Notes under the pieces: generated by a model
What the model was told of the DNA's origin: nothing
The model's database searches: none
Seen by the model: only the letters and a program-made list of their open reading frames with translations
Part shown: positions 29,792-40,350 of the stretch, in pieces
Position numbering within the stretch: the first letter of the stretch is position 1
How the letters are laid out: every line of letters begins with the position of its first letter
Position numbers and translations under genes: made by a program
NCBI GenBank assembly: GCA_963826785.1
Contig: CAWGYD010000003.1
Coordinates: 160,001 to 224,000 of the forward strand
Direction of reading: 5' to 3'
DNA from: an uncultured delta proteobacterium
GTDB taxonomy: Bacteria; Desulfobacterota; Desulfobacteria; Desulfobacterales; Desulfosalsimonadaceae
Length of the DNA: 64,000 nucleotides

Positions 29792-30586
29792 TTATTCCTC
29801 CTCGCTTTTCTGAGGTTTCGGGATCCATTTGCGGTAGTCGAACCCCCGGATGATCCGCGCGGTCTGGTAGATCTTGCGGGCGTTGTCCAGAACTTTTTCC
29901 ATGTTGATCAGGTGATAGTCCACATTGACATCCACGTAGGGGTTTTTGGACTTGGTGGCCATGGGGACCCCCACCACCATGCCCGATTTGGGGCAGTACC
30001 CCAGTTTCTGGCCCGCCATGCCGATGCTGGCGAAGGGCCGGGCATCCACCATCAGGGTGTGGGCCGTCCACAGGGCGCTGCCCACCGCATACCCCAGGTC
30101 GCCCACCCGGGCCGAGCACAGGGGGCCGTCGATCATCTTTTTGGATGACCGGTCGGTGATGTCCACCAGGCCGCTTCGGGTGGTCTTTTTCTCATAGAAA
30201 TAGCCGCAGTCGAGCGTGCCGCCGCACATGCCGCACCCGGCGTCCAGAGGGGTTTCGTGGCAGCGGGTGTTTCCGATGAACAAGATGACATCGGAATCCC
30301 GGACCATGACGGCTTCATAGAGAAACGCCTCTTTCCAGCTTTCCTGGGTATGGGCGATCTCCTCTACTTTGCGGGCGATGGCCTCGATTTCCTCCTGGCC
30401 ATAGACGATATGCCCCTCGATGGAAGGAACACCGCCGGCAAACGGGGCGGTCAGGGCCGAATCCATCATCAGCCGGGCCGCTTCCAGGGCGCATTTTTTC
30501 CGGCGGATGTCCTGGGGCGACCAGGAGGTCCACTCGCTGATGTATTCCTCGCCGGAAAAGTTTAAATCTTCGACATATTTTTTCAT
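29792..30586 (-). CDS. DUF2148-like ferredoxin-domain protein, paralogue 1
   Basis: SALTAPFAGG, GCGMCG..DC, GPLC...DLGYAVGSA, VDARPFASIG, SKNPYVD. Confidence 0.8.
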   Translation of the reverse strand: MKKYVEDLNFSGEEYISEWTSWSPQDIRRKKCALEAARLMMDSALTAPFAGGVPSIEGHIVYGQEEIEAIARKVEEIAHTQESWKEAFLYEAVMVRDSDVILFIGNTRCHETPLDAGCGMCGGTLDCGYFYEKKTTRSGLVDITDRSSKKMIDGPLCSARVGDLGYAVGSALWTAHTLMVDARPFASIGMAGQKLGYCPKSGMVVGVPMATKSKNPYVDVNVDYHLINMEKVLDNARKIYQTARIIRGFDYRKWIPKPQKSEEE

Positions 30587-30610
30587 TCCCCAAGCTCCTT
30601 TGTTAGGGGT

Positions 30611-32215
30611 TTATTGACCTTCATACGCATGAACGTTTTCCGCATCCGGGGAAAATTCATCGCGCAACAGGCGGTCCAGGTTCTTTTCCGAGGCGGATTT
30701 GGGGATCTCGGCCACCACCTGCAGGTAGGAGGGGATGGCGTTTCCCTCCAGTTTCTGCCGGCAGAGTTTAAACACCGACATCGGATCGATGGCCCGGTTT
30801 TCCATGGGGACCACCGCGGCCACCAGGTCGCTTTCCCCCGGGGCGCCGGATGCCGCCGGAATGCCGTAGACGCAGACATCGGAAACATCGGGATGTTCTG
30901 CAATGGCCGCCTCCACGTAAAAGGGCTGGATGAAATCCCCGGACCGGCGCAGCCCGCCGCCTTTGCGGAAATCGAAGAAAAACCAGCCCGCCTCATCCGT
31001 ATGCCCCATGTCGCCCGTGCGCAGCCATCCGCCGCGGGTTTTTTCCTCGGAGGCTTTCTGCCGGCCCAGGTAATCGACTTCGGTTTTCTGGCCCACCAGC
31101 CGGAAGATGATCTCCCCGGTTTCCCCGGGCGCGCATTCATCATCCCCGTCTTTTACCACCTTCATTTCCATCAGCCCCTCCAGTGGTTTTCCGAAGGACC
31201 CGATGGGGCCCATGCCCGGCGGTTTATGCGCAAACCCGCCCTCCACGGCGCCGTACCACTCGTGGATCATCACATTGAAGCGTTTTTCGAAGGCATCCCA
31301 GATGGTCAGGGGGGTCCCCGCGCTCAGCACCAGCCGCACGGGATTCTCCCCGTCATCCGGCCGGGGCGGTTCACTGTAGATGCCCATCATCATGCCACCC
31401 AGCAGGGAAAAAGAGGTGCACCCGTAATGCCGGCAGATGTCCCAGATGCGGCTTTTAGTGAATTTGGCACTGATGACGGAAGGGATGTTGAGGATCAGGG
31501 ACGGCACCAGGGTCACGGCCTGGGCATTGCCGTGGGTGAGCGATAGCCCCGTGTACAGTTTGTCCTGGGGGGTGTATTGCCACACGAACAGGCCCAGCTG
31601 GGCAAACTGGGACAACCGGTCTCCTTTTACCACCACCCCCTTGGGATCCCCGGTGGTGCCGGAGGTGTATATCACTTCGATGGGAACTGCAGCGGTTTCA
31701 TTTCGCTGATCCGGCGGGGGGGCTTCGGGCCCGGCAAAAATTTCGTTCAAGGAGGGGAATTCATCGGTAACCGGCACGCCCATGCCGTCCTTGTAGGCGA
31801 CGCCCAGAACGGACACGTCGGGGACGTCAGGCAGCACCTGCCGGACATTGTCCATGAATTCGGACGTGAACATGATCCCTTTTGCCCTGGAATCGGTCAG
31901 CATGTATTTGAGGCGCTGCCCCTTCACCCGGGGATCGACGGGGATCATGACCGCACCGAGGAGGGTTCCAGCATAGAGCGAATAGAGAAATTCCGGATGA
32001 TTGCGCATCACCAGGGCAAAGGCGTCCCCCTTGCCGATTCCCGCCTTTTTCAGCTGCCGGGCCACCTTGCGGCCCTGGATGACGATGTCCTGAAACGTTA
32101 CGACCTCTTCGGCAAAATCCCCGTTTTCAAACGTCACGATTTTAAAGTCCGGCTGGGTTTCGGCCCGGCTGTCCAGTTCATAAGCGATATGGCCCGGGAC
32201 TTTGCTTTCAGTCAT
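30611..32215 (-). CDS. Acyl-CoA synthetase (AMP-forming, CaiC-like)
   Basis: YTSGTTGDPKG, WYGAVEG, RTGD, IPKSASEK. Confidence 0.92.
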   Translation of the reverse strand: MTESKVPGHIAYELDSRAETQPDFKIVTFENGDFAEEVVTFQDIVIQGRKVARQLKKAGIGKGDAFALVMRNHPEFLYSLYAGTLLGAVMIPVDPRVKGQRLKYMLTDSRAKGIMFTSEFMDNVRQVLPDVPDVSVLGVAYKDGMGVPVTDEFPSLNEIFAGPEAPPPDQRNETAAVPIEVIYTSGTTGDPKGVVVKGDRLSQFAQLGLFVWQYTPQDKLYTGLSLTHGNAQAVTLVPSLILNIPSVISAKFTKSRIWDICRHYGCTSFSLLGGMMMGIYSEPPRPDDGENPVRLVLSAGTPLTIWDAFEKRFNVMIHEWYGAVEGGFAHKPPGMGPIGSFGKPLEGLMEMKVVKDGDDECAPGETGEIIFRLVGQKTEVDYLGRQKASEEKTRGGWLRTGDMGHTDEAGWFFFDFRKGGGLRRSGDFIQPFYVEAAIAEHPDVSDVCVYGIPAASGAPGESDLVAAVVPMENRAIDPMSVFKLCRQKLEGNAIPSYLQVVAEIPKSASEKNLDRLLRDEFSPDAENVHAYEGQ

Positions 32216-32277
32216 GGCACATGCCCCCTTTCAAGATGTTCATATGATAGTAGACTCCATTTTCGTTCAAGGGGTTC

Positions 32278-32676
32278 TCATTCCGCGGGCAGGCCATGTT
32301 TTTTACAGAATTCCGGAAATTTATCGTAAACGGGTTTTAAGGCCGGCAGCATTTTCAGCACCTTGGGGATAGGCCCTTTGGCCTTTATTTTGCGGGTGGC
32401 CAATGCCACGGGAAGGGAAAGCTTCTTCATCCAGAAGTTCCAGATGGTATCGCCGGACAGTTCCATGGTGATCACCGCGGTGCGGTTCGCCTCCTCTCCG
32501 GTGATCACGTTTTCCGGATCCACGTACAGATAGCCGTCCGGGTCGGTGATGACATACTTGTAGCTGACCTCGTACTCCTGCATTTTTTCCTTCAGACCTG
32601 ATTCAAATACGATATATTTCCACAAATCCTCCAGAAAAACATACATCTGCTGTTGATCTTTGAAAATCTCGCCCAT
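32278..32676 (-). CDS. SCP2 sterol/lipid-binding domain protein
   Basis: MELSGDTIWNFW...ALATRKIKAKGP...LKMLP. RBS AAGGAG before MGEIFKD. Confidence 0.8.
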   Translation of the reverse strand: MGEIFKDQQQMYVFLEDLWKYIVFESGLKEKMQEYEVSYKYVITDPDGYLYVDPENVITGEEANRTAVITMELSGDTIWNFWMKKLSLPVALATRKIKAKGPIPKVLKMLPALKPVYDKFPEFCKKHGLPAE

Positions 32677-32761
32677 TTCGGTCTCCTTATCGATTGGTGT
32701 TTCGGTTGACGCCGGCCCGATGTCCTCCGGCTGAACGGCGATTGACCCCATCAACATTGTT

Positions 32762-32888
32762 TGCAATTCATATGCCATGATTTCCTTGGTATATAACCAA
32801 TTGATTTTTAATTTAAATAAATTTAGACGGGTTTCGAGATGTCCGCATAAGGTCATTTCGGTGCGGCAGGAGTGTCCGGATACGGACA
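32762..32888 (-). promoter_or_regulatory. sigma54 promoter, IHF site and two upstream activator palindromes
   Basis: TGGCAT-ATGAA-TTGCA (32777-32762). IHF AATCAATTGGTTA (32806-32794). TGTCCG-N4-AGGTCA (32840) and TGTCCG-N4-CGGACA (32873). Confidence 0.85.
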
Positions 32889-32963
32889 ATACGATTGACA
32901 GGAAATCGGAAACCGGGATAAGATGGAAAAAACACCCAAATGGATCAATCCCCGGAGGAAAAC

Positions 32964-35751
32964 ATGGCAACTCCTGCTTCCCGCCCCCCGGCCGCCAATG
33001 GCGAAGCGGCCCTGCAGATCGAAAAGAACCTGGCCCGAAAGACCCTGGCCTCAGGAGACCGGGACACCGCCTGGCATCACCTGCACCATCTTGCGGTGAG
33101 GCTGCACAAGGCAGATGCGGGAAAGGAACGCGATGTCCTGTTTATTTCCACCGTGCTGGAACTGGCCAACGTCAGCTTCGTTCTGGGCAAGGGGTTTTCA
33201 GACCTTGCCGCCATGCTGGAAAATGCCATTGGCGCCGCCGGACGGATGGGCGATTGCCGGTCTTCAGCCATTCTCCGGCTCCACCTGGGGCGGCTCTTTT
33301 ACTTTGCCGAACAGCGCGACAAGGCCATGGCCCTGTTTTCCGCCGGCAAAACCGAGGTGGAGGCACTCGGGGACGAGGACATCGCCACCCAGGCCGCGGA
33401 ATTCATCGGGCTCTATTTTTTCATCCAGGGCCGTTTCCGGGAGGCGATTTCCTATTTTGAAGGAGCGGCGCAAAGCTTCGAATCGGACTTGCGCGGCCGC
33501 GTCATCAATACTTCCGGACCGCTGTGGCTCTGCTACAGCGCCGCTTTCCTGGGCCAATTCCACCACGCCATCGGCACCCTGGACTATTACCGCCGCCTGG
33601 CCCTGGAGGGATCGGACCGGGGGCTGGCAACGACGCTTCGGGCAGCGCTGGGGATCATCCTGTCTGGGCATCAAGCGCAACAAAGAAGCCTATTTTCACC
33701 TTTCCGGCGCCTTTCAGGAGGCGGTTGCCAGCAAGAACGCCCTGGCCGGGTATTTTGCCAAGGGCGGACTGGCCATCCATCATTTTACGGAAGGCCGGCT
33801 CAAGGAAGCCCAGAACTGGATCCAGCAGACCACCTCGGAAGGGGCCGCCACCGGGCTGATCAACCAGTATGCCTCGCCCATTGTGCTGGAAACCCTTTTC
33901 GAGCTGCACCGCAAGGGATTTCTCCATGTCGCGCATATGAACTTTCCCACAGAGTTTGAACGGATCATGCGCGAGCAGAATGTGCACCTGCGGGGTGTGG
34001 CATTGAGGTTAAAATCAGTGGATGCAATAGAAAACCACGGTGCCGCCGATGGCGCCCAGGCCGATCTGAAGCGCAGCGAACAGCTGCTGATTCAGTCCGG
34101 GGACCCGGTCCAGCTGGGTAAAACCCGGCTGGAGATGGCGCGGCTGAACCTGCGCCGCGGCGATGAGACGAGCGCCCGCAATATGGCGGATGCGGCGCGC
34201 AAGGATTTCGGCAGCTATGTGGATGTCTTTTTCCCCGATGATCTGCGGCCGCTGATCACGCTGAAAAGCGACCTCGATCTTTGCCGTCAGAAAGACAGCC
34301 CTTTGCTGGATATGTTTGCCGACGTGATCCAGGAGCTTTCCCCCAGTTCGGATTTCGACCATTTGCTCGCCCGCACCGTCAAATCCACCAACCGGTTTTT
34401 CGGGGCGGAGCGCGGCGGCATTTTCTGGTTTCGAAGGCACGGCACCCCCAAAGGGCCTTCCCTTCGGGGGCCCTGCAATCTGTCCCCCGCCGATGTCGGT
34501 GATGAGGAGTTCAAGCAGAGCCTGGCCCTGGTCTTTAAAGCCTTCCGCGAAAACAGCCCCCAGGTGGTTCGCCGGGAGGATTTCAATTTAAATCCCAGCC
34601 GTGTCAAGGCCATGCTGTGCGTGCCGTTCGAGGTGGAAGGCCACGTCCGGGGGATCCTTTACCATGACAACTCCTATGTCCGGGATTGCTTCGACAGTTT
34701 TTCCACGGTGCAATTGTCCCAGATGGCCCGCTGGCTGACCAGCTATATCGGCCATATCTTTCAGTTCAGCCGGCGCCTGGAGAAGAACGCGGCGGACCGG
34801 ATCGGGCAGATGGAGCCATCAGACCCCTCGGAAATCATCACTAAAAGCCCGGTGATGAAAACGATGCTGGGGCAGGTCCGCCGTATCGCGGACTCGGACA
34901 GCACCGTTCTGATCCTGGGGGAAACCGGGGTGGGCAAGGAGCTCCTGGCCCGGCAGATCCACCAGATGAGCCGCCGGAACAGCAATCCCATGGTGATCAT
35001 CGATCCCACCGTCATTCCGGAAAGCCTGGTGGAAAGTGAACTGTTCGGACACGAAAAAGGCGCGTTCACCGGGGCCGACCGCCAGAAGAAGGGACGCCTG
35101 GAACTGGCCCATAACGGCACCCTTTTCATCGACGAGGTGGGGGAGATCCCCCCGTCCATCCAGGTCAAGCTGCTGCGCGCTATCCAGGAAAAAACCATGC
35201 TCCGCATCGGCGGCAGCAAGAGCATCTATTCCGATTTCCGGCTGGTGGCGGCCACCAACCGGGATCTGGCGGAAGAAGTGGCGGCCGGAAGATTCCGGGA
35301 GGACCTCTATTACCGGCTCAACGTCATCCCCATCACCCTGCCGCCCCTGCGAAAACGGGCCGAGGACATTCTCCTGCTGGCAGGGCATTTCCTGAACCGC
35401 TTTGCCGTCAAATACAACCGGGAACCCCTGGACCTCTCCCCCGAAGATCAAAACCTGCTTGCAAGCTATCCCTGGCCGGGAAACATCCGCGAGCTGCAGA
35501 ACGTGATGGAGCGCGCGGTGCTGCTCGCTTCAGACGGCCGCCTCCACCTGGACCTTCCCGCCGGGCAGAGCGCCTCCCCGAGATCCTATTTTACGGATCT
35601 TCCCACCCTGGACGACCTCCAGCGCCAGTACATCCAATACGTCCTGGAAAAAACCGGGGGCAAGATGAGCGGAGCCGACAGCGCCGCCCAAATCCTGGGC
35701 ATGAAGCGCACCAGCCTTTACAACCGAATGAAAAAACTGGGAATGAGATAA
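32964..35751 (+). CDS. sigma54-dependent enhancer-binding protein with TPR-like and GAF domains (frameshift near 33660)
   Basis: GETGVGKE, ELFGHEKGAFTGA, FIDEVGE, FREDLYYRLNV, WPGNIREL, and C-terminal Fis-type HTH. Confidence 0.92.
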
Positions 35752-35934
35752 ATAAGAGACTCAACCGTGGCCTGGCTGTTTTCTTTACGGCTGATTTTTT
35801 CCCCACTCCGCTTATTATATACTTAAAGCCGCTGCTTCTTGGTAATTGACGCAGCGGCGCCCAATGCAATTTCAAGATTTTAGGTTTTCGCGACCATTAA
35901 CATAATTGGAAACACTTCAATTCAAAGGATCGAA

Positions 35935-36216
35935 ATGGCCACCATTCGCGAACAGATCATGGAACTGCTGACCCGTGAAGAAAGCGATGCCCGCAGCGCA
36001 TCCCAGACGCTGGGCATCAAAGAGAAGGAATTCTACAGCCACCTGCCCCATATCATGAAAACCGCCGCCGCCCAGGGCAAAAAACTCACCGGCACCCCGC
36101 CCAAATGCCTGTCCTGCGGATTTACCTTCAAGGAGCGCAAGCGGCTGTCCAAACCCAGCCGGTGCCCGTCTTGCAAAAGCGAACGGATCGAGGCCCCGGC
36201 GTATCGGGTGAAATAG
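35935..36216 (+). CDS. Small HTH plus Zn-ribbon transcriptional regulator
   Basis: TIREQIMELL...CLSCGFTF...PSRCPSCKSERI. Confidence 0.85.
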   Translation: MATIREQIMELLTREESDARSASQTLGIKEKEFYSHLPHIMKTAAAQGKKLTGTPPKCLSCGFTFKERKRLSKPSRCPSCKSERIEAPAYRVK

Positions 36217-36290
36217 AGAAAGGGCAGCCGAACCGGGCGATTATGCCGTTCGGCTGCCCCTGGATTAAGATTTTGCATCAGAGTCCGCGG

Positions 36291-38658
36291 TCAATCAAAA
36301 AGCGGAAATTCTCTGTACTGAAAATAGTCGAAATAGGGGGTCATACTGAAGAAATTGGGGTCAAAAATCGGCTCATAGCCCGGCCCCATCCGGATGTCAC
36401 CCGATTCGCCCAAGGGAAACATGCTCTCGATCCGGTCCGGGCCGTTTCTGCTGTATCTTACACAGTGGGCATAGGTGGAACGGGAAGAAAACGGCATGGT
36501 GTGAATCGTTCCGAGAAAATCATGTTTGAAGGGAATCACTCCGCGCGTCCCGATGCCCCAGGGTTGATCCCCCAACCGGGCCAGCACATCGGCCAGGGCG
36601 GCCACGATGATGGCATCGGGCGTCTGGGGAGCGCCGGGATCGGACAGGTTGGCAAACCAGTTGTAGTTGTTGTCAATGCCCGGGTAGCGGCCCAACCCGT
36701 GCAGGAGGACATTGAACAGCAGGGTGTTCGGCTGGGTCAGCACCAGCTGCCCCTCGTCGTTCGGGGCACCGAGTTCGTCCATGAAGGTAAGCTCCAGGAC
36801 GCGCCGGATCCATTTATCCATCAGCACCCAGGCATCGGCCCGGTCGGTGCCGGAAACCCACTGATCCGGCCCGCCGGCCACGAAATGACCATCCCAGCTT
36901 GCCAGCAGATCCAGGCAGCCCGCGTATTGCGCAGCATTGGCCGAGGCTTCCACGGCTTCGGTAAAATCCTGTGCCACAAATTTCCAGGGATTGCCCCCGC
37001 TGCCGAAGGAATCGGTGGTGGCAATGTAGAGCGCAAGATCCCGGACCTCATTGAATTTGATCCTGCCGCCGTCGGCGAACTTCGCGTCAAAGTAGTCATA
37101 GAGGACATGGGCCCGGTGGAAAGGCCCGTAAATGTCGCCCACGGAATTAAACCCGCTGGGATAGGAGGCGCTGGTCTTGTTGTTCCATCCCGTATACCAT
37201 CCCCGGGGGGAATTCTCGTCATGGGAGAGCGGCAGGACGTTCGATGCATCCCATTCAAGCTGATATCCCAACAGTCCCTGGGGCAGCCGCCATTCGCCAG
37301 GATCCCGGACCGGATCCCGCCCGGACATCCAGTAGGCGATGTTGCCGTCGCGATCAGCGTAGCAGAAATGCTGGCTGACACCCGCCTGCCGGAGGCCCTC
37401 TCCGAACTCTGCCATGCTGGTGGCCCTGGCCAGTTTCAAAAAGGCGGTGATGGTGTCAAATTCATATCCCCAGTGGGCGTACTTCCAGGCCACCATTGGA
37501 CTTTGACTGATGATGGGCCCGTGCGCGGACCTGAATACCGGCAACTGTAACATCTGCTCCGCCTGCGACCTTGATGACTTCTAACCGGTCCAGGTGAACA
37601 TTGGCCGGATCTTCGAAATAATAGTCCGTGGTGTGGGCGTGCCCCACCTGCATCGACCAGGCGTGGTGGGGGGTGCGGCCGATGACGATGCCCGGCAGGC
37701 CCGGCACATTCATGCCGGAGACATTATACCCGCCCGCCCGGATGGACCCCTCGGCCACGATCGCCGGCACGGAAAAGCCCATCTGGGGGCCTGAATAGAC
37801 GATCGGCTTGCCGGTGACCGTGTGGTCTCCGGAGACGACCCAGGCGTAGCTTCCCATTTTAACGTAGGCATTTATTTTTTTCAGATTCTCGATGATCTTT
37901 TTCCGGTTGTCGACAATGTCTTTGACGGCTTTATCAATCTTGCCCCTGGGGACGGATACGGAAATTTCGCCCGGAGCGGAAACCGAAGCGCCGACCGGCA
38001 GGTTGTAATCGATGTAGGTGGGTGCCGCCGGGTCGTTTGTCCAGCGCAGGTCGTTGAACATCCCCATCCCGGTGGCCGGTCCGAAATGGCCCTGCAGGCT
38101 CCCCAGCAATGCGGCATTTTCCAGCTGGGCGGTATCGAGCGCCTCCGGATCGAAAAAGCGCTGCATGGTGGCGGTCCAGGCCAGAACATCCTTTTTCGTC
38201 CAGGGTTCGGGCGCATAAATGCCAAGGGCGAGAAACTCAAAGGGGACCTTATCCGTATAGCGTATTTCGGCTATTCTCTGGTTGATGCCGGCGACATATC
38301 CCAAAATGACCTGCTGGCTTTCCGGTTCCATGGCATCGAAGCCCGCATCGATCTCACCATCCGAGTACCCGATGGTTCTCATGAACATGTCGCTTTCCAG
38401 TTGATCGGGGCCCAGTATCTCGGACAGCCGGCCGGTGGACTGGCGCCGGTACAGTTCCATCTGCCAGAGCCGGTCCGTGGCCACCGCATACCCCACGGCC
38501 TTGAAAATATCATAGGTGGCGGCATCATCGGGCCCGGTGATGAACCAGACGCCCTGCTCGTCTCGCTCTGTCTTGATCTTCTGTTTGGCAAGGCCTGGAG
38601 TGGCGAATAAAAAAGCAAGGCAGATTATCATCATCATGCAAATCCATCGATTCTTCAT
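36291..38658 (-). CDS. Penicillin acylase family (Ntn hydrolase), secreted; frameshift near 37545
   Basis: Signal peptide, ERDEQGVWFI, GYAVATDRLWQME, MGSYAW (nucleophilic Ser), YADRDGNI, GWNNK. Confidence 0.88.
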
Positions 38659-38715
38659 TTTACGATTCTCCTGTTTGATGTCATCGAAGGGAAAGGGTCG
38701 GCCATTTTTTATAAG

Positions 38716-38761
38716 AAAAATTCCGGCTCCCGCCCCGATTGGATGCGCCGGGAGCCGGAAT
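38716..38761 (-). terminator. Intrinsic terminator between the porin and the penicillin acylase gene
   Basis: ATTCCGGCTCCCG/CGGGAGCCGGAAT stem followed by TTTTT on the minus strand. Confidence 0.7.
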
Positions 38762-38892
38762 AAATAAATTTGAGTCGTTTTCCCATATCTGCGGGTGCAC
38801 AATTCGATGCCTTTTGGTTTCTCATCAGCTCATACTCTGGCAAGGGGATAAAAAAAGCCGAACCGCCTGTATTTTCGATTGAACAAATGGAA

Positions 38893-40350
38893 TTAGAACA
38901 ATCCGGGCAATGAAAATGGATATATGACGGCAAAACGGTTATCGATAAATGGCCCGGTGGGAGAATTTGCATAATCCCGGATTCCGATGGTGTTTTTAAC
39001 CGTCAGGGTTCTGGTCTCTCCCATCTTGAAGTGATATGCGGCGCCCGCATCCACGGCCCATTGGGACTGGTTTTTCACCGGTTCGGCGTCTGGAAACCCG
39101 AAGGGGCCGTCCGTTGCATAGGCGGCGCCTCCGAAGCCGTACTTCGCCCGGTAGAAAACATAGCTCAAACTCAATTCGACCGGGTGGTTTACGGGATTAT
39201 ACCCGGCTTTTATGCCGAGCGCGTAAGAAGGCCCGAGATTTGAGATCCCGTCATTCATGGTATCGGTAAACAGGGTCCCCGACAGATCGTTATACGGGTG
39301 CACCATTCCGCCGTGCCGAAATGAACCCCTGTTTTCGGGCGACCAGTTGCCCACCAGGCACAGCGTTCCCTCCGGAACGGAAAAACCCGCAAGCGCCCCC
39401 AATACCTGCGCATCCACAGACCCCAGCCGGCGGGAACCGGAGTTTCCTTCCGCTACGAACTGAAAACCGAACAGCGGAGATAAACCGGAGTCATCGCCCC
39501 CCGGTTGATAGCGGCTTTCCAGGTAGGCCAATTGCGCAAAATCATAAAACGCGTAGAACCAGATCCGGGTGAACAATTCCCGGTCTGCAAGCGGCTGGTG
39601 CCAGTCGATCCCGCAGGTGAAAAACCCGTCGGTGCGCCGGTCCGTGTAGCGGTTGCCGGAAGTGAAGACATCATTAAACCGGCTTTCATAACGAAACATC
39701 CGGGCGGCAAAAACGGACAGGGCCGGCTTTTCCTCACCCTTGGAAGCGGCCGCATCGGGCCCGGCCGGGTTGATCTCGCGGCCGGTTTCATGGGTCTCAA
39801 ATTCGGGGCGCGCATTGAACGAACGTATCCATTCGAGTGGTTTGACGGTGGTCGATATGCCTTCAAATGCCCTTGGGAGCATGGTAAACATGTCCCCCCG
39901 GGCCCAGGGCGTGTCGATCAGCTGGCGGCCGCCGCTGGCCAGCACATGGGGGTTCTTGTACTGGAGATAGGCTTCGGCCAGGGCTTCGAGGTGATGGTCC
40001 GGCCCGACCAGGACCTCGTTTACCCGCAGGCCCGTGGGAATATTCCGGGCCGTATAAAACCCGAGCCCAAGGGAAAATCCGGCCAGGCTGCCGGATGTGG
40101 CGACCACATCGCCGCCGGCGGCAAGCGCGTTGTTGTCTGTCGGCGTGCCGCCGTCATTGATCCGTGCGTAGTCATACAGACGAAGGTGGCCGGAAACCGC
40201 AGTGTCCGCAAGCGCTTTATACCAGGCGGGCGTGCTTTCACCGGCCCTTGCCCGGGAGGGGATCAATGCGGCCGAAGACAGCACACAGATCAGCCCGATC
40301 AACATTGGCGCACATAACCGTGACCGGGTCATCCGGGCAGCCCCCTGCAT
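38893..40350 (-). CDS. Outer membrane porin (OprD-like beta-barrel)
   Basis: Signal peptide, LAEAYLQY, GRQLIDTPW, PRAFEG, and amphipathic terminal strand DNRFAVIYPF. Confidence 0.7.
   Translation of the reverse strand: MQGAARMTRSRLCAPMLIGLICVLSSAALIPSRARAGESTPAWYKALADTAVSGHLRLYDYARINDGGTPTDNNALAAGGDVVATSGSLAGFSLGLGFYTARNIPTGLRVNEVLVGPDHHLEALAEAYLQYKNPHVLASGGRQLIDTPWARGDMFTMLPRAFEGISTTVKPLEWIRSFNARPEFETHETGREINPAGPDAAASKGEEKPALSVFAARMFRYESRFNDVFTSGNRYTDRRTDGFFTCGIDWHQPLADRELFTRIWFYAFYDFAQLAYLESRYQPGGDDSGLSPLFGFQFVAEGNSGSRRLGSVDAQVLGALAGFSVPEGTLCLVGNWSPENRGSFRHGGMVHPYNDLSGTLFTDTMNDGISNLGPSYALGIKAGYNPVNHPVELSLSYVFYRAKYGFGGAAYATDGPFGFPDAEPVKNQSQWAVDAGAAYHFKMGETRTLTVKNTIGIRDYANSPTGPFIDNRFAVIYPFSLPGLF

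Noticed and set aside
38660..38892. Riboswitch in the penicillin acylase leader
   Set aside because: No recognisable aptamer. The hairpin is adequately explained as the terminator of the upstream MFS-porin operon.
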